27,278 bases of DNA from contig JAVJWO010000196.1 of assembly GCA_040222015.1 (NCBI GenBank), forward strand, positions 1 to 27,278, read 5' to 3'. Shown piece after piece: positions 1-8,361 of the stretch; the first letter of the stretch is position 1, and the number at the start of each line of letters is the position of its first letter. The DNA comes from Coleofasciculus chthonoplastes F2-STO-03 (GTDB taxonomy: Bacteria > Cyanobacteriota > Cyanobacteriia > Cyanobacteriales > Coleofasciculaceae). Both the position numbers and the translations under genes were made by a program. The notes beneath the pieces were generated by a model. It was not told where the DNA came from. It saw only the letters and a list, made by a program, of their open reading frames with translations, and did not search any database.

Positions 1-24
1 ACCTATCGTGTGAACTACGTCGTA

Positions 25-56
25 AAGTAGAGACGCGCCATGGCGCGTCTCTACTT
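25..56. repeat. Perfect 32-bp palindrome, GTAG-type REP-like element
   Basis: AAGTAGAGACGCGCCATGGCGCGTCTCTACTT; the identical 28-bp core recurs at 17224-17251 and a variant at 15443-15470. Confidence 0.9.
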
Positions 57-187
57 CCAACCTAGTTTATAAGGGTTTGGTACAGGGCTACTAAAAGCCT
101 ACTCCATAGTCGGTACTCCGACTTGGTGTAGGTAGTTTACTATAAGAATTGTCCCCTGTTGTTAGTCCACACACCAGATTGAGTGTC

Positions 188-220
188 AGCTCCCCGACTT
201 CTTGAAGAAGTCGGGGAGCT
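188..220. repeat. Palindromic repeat just downstream of psbM (may act as terminator/RNA stabiliser)
   Basis: AGCTCCCCGACTTCTT-G-AAGAAGTCGGGGAGCT with 16-bp arms; a degenerate copy lies at 19310-19340. Confidence 0.85.
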
Positions 221-246
221 CATGGGCGGAGGGTAGACAGCCAATG

Positions 247-363
247 CTAAGAATTTTTATTGCTTTCTCGGCTAGCTGTCTGGATATACAGAATCAACAA
301 AAAAACTGTGGGAACCAGCACAAACAGAAGACTGGCAACGAACCCTAACTCATTAACTTGCAT
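247..363 (-). CDS. psbM: Photosystem II reaction center protein M
   Basis: Not in the ORF track. Manual translation gives [38 protein letters not shown], the recognisable PsbM single-helix sequence, downstream of the ferredoxin-like gene. Confidence 0.97.
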   Translation of the reverse strand: MQVNELGFVASLLFVLVPTVFLLILYIQTASRESNKNS

Positions 364-539
364 TGAAATAGTGCCTCTACAATTGGTTGTGAACCGCTAT
401 TCTTAGAATATCATTGGCTTCTGCCAATCGTGCAGCTTGAGAGCAAATATTAATCAGCTACATTACTTCCCCTGCTCCTAGACGCTTCTGTCATCACGTC
501 TGTGTATTGCTTCCCCTGTTCTTCCTGCTCCTCGCCGCT

Positions 540-836
540 TCAGGGCTTAGTTTTCACGCTGACTGGTCCATTGACCAAGGCTTGGCAGGCTAATCGGTAA
601 CTCTCCGGTTTTTTCTTGAGTTTACGCTGTTCTACCTCAGTTCGAGGTGAGAGATTTTCCATCCCTTCGACAACCTCGACAACGCAGGTGCCACATTGAC
701 CATAGCCTCCACAGTTCATCAACTTTCCTTTCAAGGTATACAGGTCAATCTTGTTTTGCAGGGCTTTCTCCCGTAAGTTCGCTCCATCTGCTGCAATGAC
801 TTCCTGGTCTTCCTTGACAAATTTGATATTAGCCAT
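540..836 (-). CDS. 2Fe-2S ferredoxin-like protein
   Basis: [10 protein letters not shown]...RLACQ 2Fe-2S motif, 98 aa. Confidence 0.93.
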   Translation of the reverse strand: MANIKFVKEDQEVIAADGANLREKALQNKIDLYTLKGKLMNCGGYGQCGTCVVEVVEGMENLSPRTEVEQRKLKKKPESYRLACQALVNGPVSVKTKP

Positions 837-1001
837 CTAGTTCTCCGCTACGTCACTCCTGATATATCCTAGAAGAATTTGCACTCAGGATACTTAATCC
901 TCTGATTCACATCGACTTGACCTTTTTCTAGGCTAACGAATTCTCATGATAGTCGTGGGGTAAAATGGTGTAAGTTGTCGGACACAATGAAAGTGAAGCA
1001 T

Positions 1002-1038
1002 GGGGACAAGGGAACAGAGAACAGGGAACAGGGAACAG
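1002..1038 (+). repeat. Short tandem heptamer repeat (GGGAACA), about 5 degenerate units
   Basis: GGGGACAAGGGAACAGAGAACAGGGAACAGGGAACAG; same unit as the array at 27133-27278. Confidence 0.85.
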
Positions 1039-1056
1039 TTAGGATTTGACGCTTGT

Positions 1057-1187
1057 TATACTGTTAGCGGTCACAAACTGAGCTTTTGTCATGCAGAGCT
1101 TAGTGAAGTACAGCGTAATATAGTCGTGAGATTCTTCACTCCGCTATCGCTCCGTTCAGAATGACAAATTTGACCGTGCGAAGTATA
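1057..1187. mobile_element. MITE-like element with TATA-ended imperfect terminal inverted repeats enclosing a TGTCA...TGACA palindromic repeat
   Basis: Left end TATACTGTTAGCGGTCA vs reverse complement of right end TATACTTCGCACGGTCA; internal TGTCATGCAGAGC...GCTCCGTTCAGAATGACA (about 1087-1166). Confidence 0.6.
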
Positions 1188-1223
1188 ACCTTGCGTAGTA
1201 CACCTCTTTCCCAATCGCCAATG

Positions 1224-2690
1224 TTATCGACGGTTCAAGGCGGCGTTGTAAATTTTTTCGTTGGCTTTAACCGACTTGATCAAGTCTACAACCGGATGGG
1301 GATAATCTACACCCAGTCTCACCCCAAACTGTTGTTGTTCGGCTGGGGTTAATGTCCAGGGTTGGTGTACTTTAGCGGCGGGTAAGGAGTCCAGTTCTGG
1401 GAGCCAATGTTTGACATAGTGACCTTGAGGGTCATAATCTTTCGCCTGTTTTTGAATATTGAAATAACGAAACCCACGAGCATCATTCCCAACTCCCGCC
1501 GTATAATTCCAGTTGCCCCAATTGCTACAAACATCGTAGTCAATTAGCAGGGATTCAAACCACTCAGCGCCGATTTGCCAGTTAATTCCTAGGTTTTTGG
1601 TGAGAAAACTAGCAACATTTTGTCGTCCCCGATTGGACATAAATCCAGTGGCGGCAAGTTCCCGCATATTGGCGTCAATTAAGGAAAAACCTGTCTTTCC
1701 TTGCTGCCAAAGGGTAAAGCGATCCCAGTCTTCTTTCCAAGGAATAGGGATACCTTGCAACCCCGATTGGCGAAAGATTCGGTTTCCATGCTTGGCACAA
1801 ATAAATCGGAAAAAGTCTCGCCAAATTAGCTCAAACACCAACCAATAGGTTGAATCATTTTTGACTCGTTCCTGTTCATATTGCTGAACCTGTTCATAAA
1901 TAAAACGTGGCGATAAGCACCCCAAGGCGAGCCAGGGCGAAAATTTAGAGGAGTAATCGGCTCCTAACATACCATTGCGGGTTTGTTTGTAAATTTTGAG
2001 ACAGTCTTTTTTCCATAAATAGTCGTTGAGTCTGGCTAATCCGGCGGTTTCTCCCCCTTTGAATGGTAACACCGCCCGTTCGTCAAAGATAGGGGGTTCT
2101 AGTTCAAAATCAGCGAGTTGAGGCAATTCACCCACTTCTACAGAGGGGAGAGACGGTAAATGTTTGGGAGTGGGAAAGGTGGGATAAATTGTGGATTTTT
2201 TCTCGACTTGCTTACGAAAATTGGTAAAGAGTTCGGGAAGTTTTGATAGATTTAAGTGTAAATCGTCGGGATGGTAGAGGGTACTTCCCCAGAAGGTTTG
2301 TACGGTGATGCCAATCTCAGATAAGGCTTGTTTGAGTGCAGTTTCTACGGCGACTTCTTCGGCGGTAACTTCTTGGTGAAAGTAAACCTCAGTGATACCA
2401 AGTTCTTTTGCCAAAATGGGAATCATCTGCTCAGGTAAACCCCGGCGCACCAGTAAATCACTGCCACGCGATCGCACAGTCTCTCGCAAATCGGCTACAC
2501 TCTCCACCAGGAATTGGGCGCGGAATGCCCCGGTTTTGGGGAATCCAAAGGATGTAGTATGAAAAAGGCGATCATCAAAGCAGTAAAGGGGAATCACCTG
2601 CGCCTTTGTCTGAAGCGCTTGGTGTAGGGGTTCGTGATCATGCAAGCGCAAGTCATTGCGATACCAGAGGAGAATTCGTTTTTCACTCAC
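1224..2690 (-). CDS. cry: Cryptochrome DASH (photolyase/cryptochrome family)
   Basis: WYRNDLRLHD N-terminus, YKQTRNGMLGADYSSKFSPWLALG, GFMSNRGRQNVASFL and WGNWNYTAGVGND motifs typical of the DASH subfamily; GTG start. Confidence 0.95.
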   Translation of the reverse strand: MSEKRILLWYRNDLRLHDHEPLHQALQTKAQVIPLYCFDDRLFHTTSFGFPKTGAFRAQFLVESVADLRETVRSRGSDLLVRRGLPEQMIPILAKELGITEVYFHQEVTAEEVAVETALKQALSEIGITVQTFWGSTLYHPDDLHLNLSKLPELFTNFRKQVEKKSTIYPTFPTPKHLPSLPSVEVGELPQLADFELEPPIFDERAVLPFKGGETAGLARLNDYLWKKDCLKIYKQTRNGMLGADYSSKFSPWLALGCLSPRFIYEQVQQYEQERVKNDSTYWLVFELIWRDFFRFICAKHGNRIFRQSGLQGIPIPWKEDWDRFTLWQQGKTGFSLIDANMRELAATGFMSNRGRQNVASFLTKNLGINWQIGAEWFESLLIDYDVCSNWGNWNYTAGVGNDARGFRYFNIQKQAKDYDPQGHYVKHWLPELDSLPAAKVHQPWTLTPAEQQQFGVRLGVDYPHPVVDLIKSVKANEKIYNAALNRR

Positions 2691-2755
2691 AGCAGTTGAT
2701 GGAACGTGTAATTGTCCTTTATTCAGATTACCCGAAATTTAACTCTGGCTCTGAG

Positions 2756-2828
2756 TAACCTCCTTTTTGCTATGGCGATTAAAATCGCAGCTACACAAAC
2801 TAAGTCCGCCTACGCGGACTAAACTATA
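2756..2828 (-). repeat. Dispersed ~70-bp two-hairpin repeat, copy 1
   Basis: Contains GCGATTAAAATCGC and AGTCCGCCTACGCGGACT palindromes; its reverse complement closely matches 15507-15579. Confidence 0.85.
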
Positions 2829-2889
2829 AGATAAATGGTATAAGAATAAGTCAATAATCTTTGAGCGCAAGCCTAGATCCCCTACAATT

Positions 2890-3756
2890 TCACTCAAGTT
2901 TATCCAGCATCCAAGTGGGTCCAAGATCCTTTAACTGATACCCATGAGGATAACTTTTCAATTGACTCTCTGTAAAGAAATCTGACCTTCTTCTCGGTAA
3001 AAGCCAGCGCTGCAAGTATCCCCGCAACTTGAGACTATTTTGGGCAACAGTTACCATAAATCTAGAAGGCTTAGCAAAACCAAATGCCGCTAGCATTCGC
3101 TCATCGAATAAACTATACATAGCTGGTTTCAGCAGAGGATGACTCAAAGCCGGAAACCAGCTTAGGAATAAATTAATCGTTGATTCTCCGACAGTACGAT
3201 TACTATCAGAATAAACAAAATTTTCTTCTTCGTACTTCTGGTTATAGTGGGCAAATTCCTCATAAGTCGAGGGGATATCTCGAATCTGCATCCTCTCCCC
3301 TACCGCTTGCCAAAAATAAAATATCGCTAGCTTTTCCTGTTCACAAAATAACCGCCACCCAAAGCGTTCATTCCAGCGAATTGGCTCATAGATAAAGGTT
3401 GAAAGCACATAGAGAAAATCGTCATTGCTAATCGGATAATGCCCATGAATCGCATTCATCCTCCGAATCGAGGCTGCACCCCGTTCACTGTCGTAACCCC
3501 ATTGGAGAATCTCGGCAATCAGTAAACCTGTATCATCGTAACGCTTTTGGGTGTGGTGATGAAATTCTCCGGTGTTATTAAGCAGTCGAGAAATACTGGA
3601 AACGCAGAACGTTTTCAGTATGGCTAATTCCAACGCACGGGTGATATCCCACGGAAATTCGTAGCCAGCGACGAGGCGACAAATTAGGCTATGGTCAGTA
3701 ATGGGGTTGAGTTGCTGAATATACTGAAGACGTTGATAGCGATTCCAAATATTCAT
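2890..3756 (-). CDS. MpaB/DUF2236-family oxygenase-like protein (Lcp/rubber oxygenase catalytic domain relative)
   Basis: YEFPWD..ALELA..KTF..SISRLL..TGEF..KRYDDT, RMNAIHGHY.ISNDDFLYVLSTF and G.RM.I.DIP motifs. Confidence 0.82.
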   Translation of the reverse strand: MNIWNRYQRLQYIQQLNPITDHSLICRLVAGYEFPWDITRALELAILKTFCVSSISRLLNNTGEFHHHTQKRYDDTGLLIAEILQWGYDSERGAASIRRMNAIHGHYPISNDDFLYVLSTFIYEPIRWNERFGWRLFCEQEKLAIFYFWQAVGERMQIRDIPSTYEEFAHYNQKYEEENFVYSDSNRTVGESTINLFLSWFPALSHPLLKPAMYSLFDERMLAAFGFAKPSRFMVTVAQNSLKLRGYLQRWLLPRRRSDFFTESQLKSYPHGYQLKDLGPTWMLDKLE

Positions 3757-3762
3757 AACCTT

Positions 3763-4761
3763 TTATCGCCCCCATTCAAAAATAGCCGCACCCCAGGTTA
3801 ATCCCGCCCCAAAACCGGAACTGGCAATAATATCACCGGGTTGAATTTTTTGCGATCGCACGGCTTCATCTAAAATTAAGGGAATCGAAGCCGCAGATGT
3901 ATTCCCATACTGACTCAGATTACTCAACACCTTATGGCTGGGAATCTTCAACCGTCGAGCCACTGCATCCAGAATCCGTTGATTGGCTTGGTGCAATAGC
4001 AGCCAGTCTACATCATCTGCGGTGAGATTTGCCTGAAATAGCGCCTTCTCAATTACTTCTGGCACCTTTTGCACGGCAAATCGATAGACTTCTTTACCGT
4101 TCATGGTAATCGAGGCAAAATTCCCTTGACCGACTTCGATGTCCTTGACAAGTTGCTGGGATTGTGGTATGTAAGCCAACTTTAAACAATTATTTTGAGT
4201 GCCATCACTGCGAATTTGGAATCCCAACAAGCGATCGCGCTCATTTGCCTGCAACACCACAGCCCCCGCACCATCCCCAAATAACACACAGGTGCCGCGA
4301 TCGGACCAATCCACCCAGCGCGACAACATATCCGCACCAATTAATAGAATAGTCTGATAAACTCCCGTCCGGATAAACTGAGCCGCCGTGACTAAGCCAA
4401 ACACAAAGCCAGAACAAGCCGCCGTGAGGTCAAACGCCACCGCATTAGATGCGCCGAGTAACGCCTGAACTTGACTCGCCGTACCAAACAGATCATCCGG
4501 TGTAGACGTTGCCAAGATAATCAGCTGTACCTGATCCGGCTCAACTCCCGCCATGGCGATCGCCCGCTTCCCCGCTTGGGCTGCTAACCCACTCAAACTG
4601 GCTTTAGCGTCAGCTAGACACCGTTGACGAATGCCTGTGCGGGTGGTGATCCACTCATCTGATGTCTCAACTATCTGGCTGAGTTGATGGTTATCCAAAA
4701 CAACATCGGGTGTCGCCGAACCACTCCCGGTAATCGCAATCCCTGTGCCTAGTTGATTCAA
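3763..4761 (-). CDS. fabH: 3-oxoacyl-ACP synthase III
   Basis: TSDEWITTRTGI, AACSGF (Cys), HQAN (His), GNTSAAS (Asn), GFGAGLTWG; TTG start with GGAG upstream. Confidence 0.98.
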   Translation of the reverse strand: MNQLGTGIAITGSGSATPDVVLDNHQLSQIVETSDEWITTRTGIRQRCLADAKASLSGLAAQAGKRAIAMAGVEPDQVQLIILATSTPDDLFGTASQVQALLGASNAVAFDLTAACSGFVFGLVTAAQFIRTGVYQTILLIGADMLSRWVDWSDRGTCVLFGDGAGAVVLQANERDRLLGFQIRSDGTQNNCLKLAYIPQSQQLVKDIEVGQGNFASITMNGKEVYRFAVQKVPEVIEKALFQANLTADDVDWLLLHQANQRILDAVARRLKIPSHKVLSNLSQYGNTSAASIPLILDEAVRSQKIQPGDIIASSGFGAGLTWGAAIFEWGR

Positions 4762-4874
4762 AATGATTCTCCATCAAAGAAACTGCCATTCACTTTCTGC
4801 TGCGTAGACTGGCTATCCGTCACCAAATGACTGCGTTGTCCACAGTTACCCAGTGTTAGGTGGATAGCACCACC

Positions 4875-5960
4875 CTAACCTGTCGCATCCTCTGATGGCT
4901 CATTGTTCACATCTAACGGTTCACTACCCATATTCCGGGTTACCGATTGTTTCGCCGCTTTGATCTGAGTAGACTGAATACGCTCGAGTACCTGATTATC
5001 AATCGCTTCTTTTGCCAAGCGAATCGCATTAAAAATAGACGGTGCCTGAGAACTACCATGGCTAATAATACAGACTCCATCCACTCCCAAGAGCAACCCA
5101 CCCCCATGTTCAGCATGATCGATACGCTGCTTAATCCGCTTCAGATTCGGCTTGAGAATCGCCGTTCCCAGTTGACCATGTAAGCCTTGGGGCAATTCCT
5201 CCCGCAGAATTTGTAAGACGATTTCTCCCACCGCTTCGGCAAACTTGAGTAAGATGTTGCCAACAAAGCCATCACAGACAATCACATCAAACTGACCTGA
5301 GAGTACATCTCTCCCTTCAGCATTACCCAGAAAGGCAACTCTGGGATTGTCCTGTAGCAGTTGATGAGTCCGAATTGCTAAATCATTCCCCTTACAGTCT
5401 TCTTCACCAATATTGAGCAACCCGACTTTGGGTTCGGGAATTCCCAGCACGTATTGGCTGTATACCGTCCCCATCACCGCAAATTGCTCCAGATATTTGG
5501 GACGACAATCCACATTTGCACCCACATCTAGAATAATCACTGGCTTTCCAGCAATTAGAGTGGGGAACACAGCACCAATCGCTGGGCGATCAATGCCCTT
5601 GAGCCGTCCCAAACGCAGTAATGCTGCTGCCATAGCGGCGCCAGAATGACCTGCCGACACCACAGCTTGTGCCTGCTTGGTTTTAACTAAATCCATCGCC
5701 ACGTTGATTGACGCCTTGGGTTTGCGCTTAATCGCCACCAAGGCTTCCTCTTCCATGGAAATTACGTCTTCCGCCGGGGCTATTTCTAGCTGGCAAAGAC
5801 TGCTGTGTTCTTTCAGGGACGCTTCAATAACTTGAGGATCGCCAACCAATATAACCTCTACGCCCAACTCTGCTTGGGCTCGGATAGCTCCAGCCACAAT
5901 TTCTGAGGGAGCGTGATCCCCTCCCATCGCGTCGATTGCGATCCGTTCGCGAGATGCCAT
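4875..5960 (-). CDS. plsX: Phosphate acyltransferase PlsX
   Basis: IAIDAMGGDHAP, RPAI, LDVGAN, LLNIGEE, DGFVGN and HGSS motifs; directly upstream of fabH. Confidence 0.98.
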   Translation of the reverse strand: MASRERIAIDAMGGDHAPSEIVAGAIRAQAELGVEVILVGDPQVIEASLKEHSSLCQLEIAPAEDVISMEEEALVAIKRKPKASINVAMDLVKTKQAQAVVSAGHSGAAMAAALLRLGRLKGIDRPAIGAVFPTLIAGKPVIILDVGANVDCRPKYLEQFAVMGTVYSQYVLGIPEPKVGLLNIGEEDCKGNDLAIRTHQLLQDNPRVAFLGNAEGRDVLSGQFDVIVCDGFVGNILLKFAEAVGEIVLQILREELPQGLHGQLGTAILKPNLKRIKQRIDHAEHGGGLLLGVDGVCIISHGSSQAPSIFNAIRLAKEAIDNQVLERIQSTQIKAAKQSVTRNMGSEPLDVNNEPSEDATG

Positions 5961-6002
5961 TGCACAAAGAGATAGAAACCTTAAAGATTTTAACAGAAGC
6001 CG

Positions 6003-6122
6003 TTACTTGACATCCTCCCCCGGCTGTAACTGACCCGGGGTGGGATAGATGCGGAAACTGTATCTTGCCTTCATGTCATCATAGTAGACTACTATTCATC
6101 CTACTCTAGTAGGAGGCTTCAT
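6003..6122 (-). mobile_element. Internally deleted IS200/IS605-family element carrying a tnpB 5' stub (mini-ORF 6074-6003)
   Basis: Minus strand: GAAGCCTCCTACTAGAGTAGGATGAAT left-end-like hairpin; ATG at 6074 encoding MKARYSFRIYPTPGQ (TnpB N-terminal Y.FRIYPT..Q motif); then CAGCCGGGGGAGGATGTCAA, a typical right end. Left boundary approximate. Confidence 0.8.
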
Positions 6123-6204
6123 CCTGAGAAAAAAACCCTTGAAGAAACCTTTTCATCGGTGCCATCCAATTCGTACAATAAAGCACCGTGGAGGAGAAAC
6201 GGTA

Positions 6205-7524
6205 ATGTTACAACGAATTGGTGCTGGATTGATTGCTTCATCGATAGCCGCGTTATTGGTCAAGATTGTGGGGATGCAGGCTGCCACGTTGGATTGGAAT
6301 CAGGTTGAGACTGTCCAATCCCTGTCCTGGCAAGACACTGCCTTGTTTACTTTGCCCAAGCCTGACCCGAACGCTGAAGCCACGATTAATCAATATCTCC
6401 AAGACCTAAAAAATAAGGGTTCACTCCCAGACAATCAAGGCATCTGGATACAATCCGGGCTGAATGTTCTAGCAGAACATCAGGGTAAAATTCCTCGCCC
6501 TGCGGCTTCATTGACCAAGATTGCTACCACATTGGTGACTTTAAGTCAATGGAAACCCGATCATGAATTTGAGACCCAAGTGGGGGCGACAGATGATATC
6601 CGGGATGGTGTATTAGAGGGAGATTTGGTGATTAAAGGCGGAGGTGATCCGCTTTTTGTGTGGGAGGAAGCGATCGCGCTGGGGAACAGTCTTAACCGGC
6701 TTGGGATTCGCCGCGTTAATGGCAATTTAATCATTGTAGGCAAGTTTCATCTCAACTACGAAGAAAATCCGACGCGATCGGGGGAGCTACTAAGGATAGG
6801 ATTAAATGGCAAAACCTGGTCTCGTTCTGTTATCCGTCACCATGGCAGAATGTCTCCGGGAACCCCCAAACCTGAACTGGTGATCAGTGGTCAAGTCAAA
6901 ACAGTAAAAATTCCGCCTGATAACACCAGGATACTATTACGTCACCAATCCCTACCCTTGGCGGAAATCCTCCGAGAAATGAATATCTACAGTAACAATG
7001 GCATGGCTCAGATTTTAGCCGATGCCGTTGGTGGGGCTGAGGTAGTTGCCAAAGAAGCCGCCACGTTAGCGAATGTACCGGAAGCGGAAATTCAACTGAT
7101 TAATGGATCAGGATTAGGAACAGAAAACCAAATCTCTCCCCGTGCGGCTACCGCGATGCTAATCGCCCTGGAAAAATTATTAACACCCCATAACTTAGGT
7201 GTAATTGATGTATTCCCCCTAGCTGGGCGAGATAAAAACGGGACAATCTATGCTCGTAACCTGCCAGAGGGAACCGCAATGAAAACCGGAACCCTACGCC
7301 AGGTGAGTGCTTTGGCTGGGGTAATGCCTACGCGAGAGCGCGATCGGGTTTGGTTTGCGATTATTAATGGGGGCAATAACATCTGGGAATTTCGTCAACA
7401 ACAAGACCAACTGTTGGACAAGCTTACCCAAAATTGGGGTAATCAACCCAGCCTCAATCCGAAAACCGCTCTCTCTCGTTCCAAACTTGGTGATCCCAAG
7501 CGCAATAAAGTTGTTGCCAATTAA
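6205..7524 (+). CDS. dacB: D-alanyl-D-alanine carboxypeptidase/endopeptidase (peptidase S13, PBP4-like)
   Basis: SxxK (SLTK), GGGDP, SxN (SNN), NGSGL and KTGT motifs. Start moved to ATG 6205, which follows GGAGGAG and begins a signal-like hydrophobic segment. Confidence 0.9.
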   Translation: MLQRIGAGLIASSIAALLVKIVGMQAATLDWNQVETVQSLSWQDTALFTLPKPDPNAEATINQYLQDLKNKGSLPDNQGIWIQSGLNVLAEHQGKIPRPAASLTKIATTLVTLSQWKPDHEFETQVGATDDIRDGVLEGDLVIKGGGDPLFVWEEAIALGNSLNRLGIRRVNGNLIIVGKFHLNYEENPTRSGELLRIGLNGKTWSRSVIRHHGRMSPGTPKPELVISGQVKTVKIPPDNTRILLRHQSLPLAEILREMNIYSNNGMAQILADAVGGAEVVAKEAATLANVPEAEIQLINGSGLGTENQISPRAATAMLIALEKLLTPHNLGVIDVFPLAGRDKNGTIYARNLPEGTAMKTGTLRQVSALAGVMPTRERDRVWFAIINGGNNIWEFRQQQDQLLDKLTQNWGNQPSLNPKTALSRSKLGDPKRNKVVAN

Positions 7525-7854
7525 GAGCAATGGCACTGAAAATTTGCCCTGTTGGAGCGCTAACACCCTTGAACAGTAGGTGGACACAATAAAAGCTAGC
7601 GGTGGAGTTCGTCATTTGTTTATGTCCGTTTTCCCTGAAGGGGTTATCGACCAAAAGTTACACCGTGGACTTATACCAAGACAGAATTACTTATGGGTAG
7701 ATTTGTCTAGGTTTTTAGAAGCGGTGACAGACTGTATATTCGTTTCAGTAATTCTGGATGGATTAGTGCGATTCGAGCAAGGTTTGAGGTAGAGTCTGGG
7801 TAGAACAATATTGCTCTACAATTAAAACGAGTTATCCCTTATGGGCTTTTATTG

Positions 7855-8175
7855 ATGACCACTACAGCCGTTTCCAGATATGTCACTCGCAATCCAGAGA
7901 TTTTAAGCGGTGAACCCATTATCACCGGGACTCGCATATCGGTACGAGTCATCGTCGGCTTATGGCGATTGGGGACTCCTCCTGAAGAAATTCCGACACA
8001 GTATCCTCAGCTTACCCTGGCTCAAGTTTTTGATGCCCTGAGTTTTTATTTGGATAACCAGGCTGAAATCAATGAGTATATTGAGCAAAACCACGTCCCT
8101 GATAACTTGATTCATCCCGCAGTTCGCCAAGCGTTGACAGCCGATGAAGTTTTTAACCAGGTTTTGTATGTGTAG
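7855..8175 (+). CDS. DUF433 family protein (putative antitoxin)
   Basis: NPEILSGEPIITGTRISV...G..PEEI..QYPQLTLAQVFDALSFY signature. Confidence 0.92.
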   Translation: MTTTAVSRYVTRNPEILSGEPIITGTRISVRVIVGLWRLGTPPEEIPTQYPQLTLAQVFDALSFYLDNQAEINEYIEQNHVPDNLIHPAVRQALTADEVFNQVLYV

Positions 8176-8361
8176 TTTCTTTTTTTTATTCAGTTTTTAA
8201 GTAACGTTGTCTGCCTTTATATTGAAGTGATTGATAAAATCAGCTAGTTCATCTATAATGTTAATTTCGTGTCTTTTACTAGGGATGTTATTATTACTAT
8301 TATATCTGTTCCGACCTATTTAGGACTGCTATAGATCATTATTCATCATTGAGATAACTTT

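Noticed and set aside
6007..6012. Perfect TTGACA as the -35 of a dacB promoter
   Set aside because: It is the complement of the IS right end (TGTCAA) and no acceptable -10 follows at 16-18 nt.
6139..6204. N-terminal extension of dacB in the ORF track
   Set aside because: TTG start without RBS; ATG 6205 has GGAGGAG and begins the signal-like segment.
7580..7792. 70-aa ORF and overlapping short ORFs between dacB and DUF433
   Set aside because: No recognisable family or consistent coding signal in any frame I translated.
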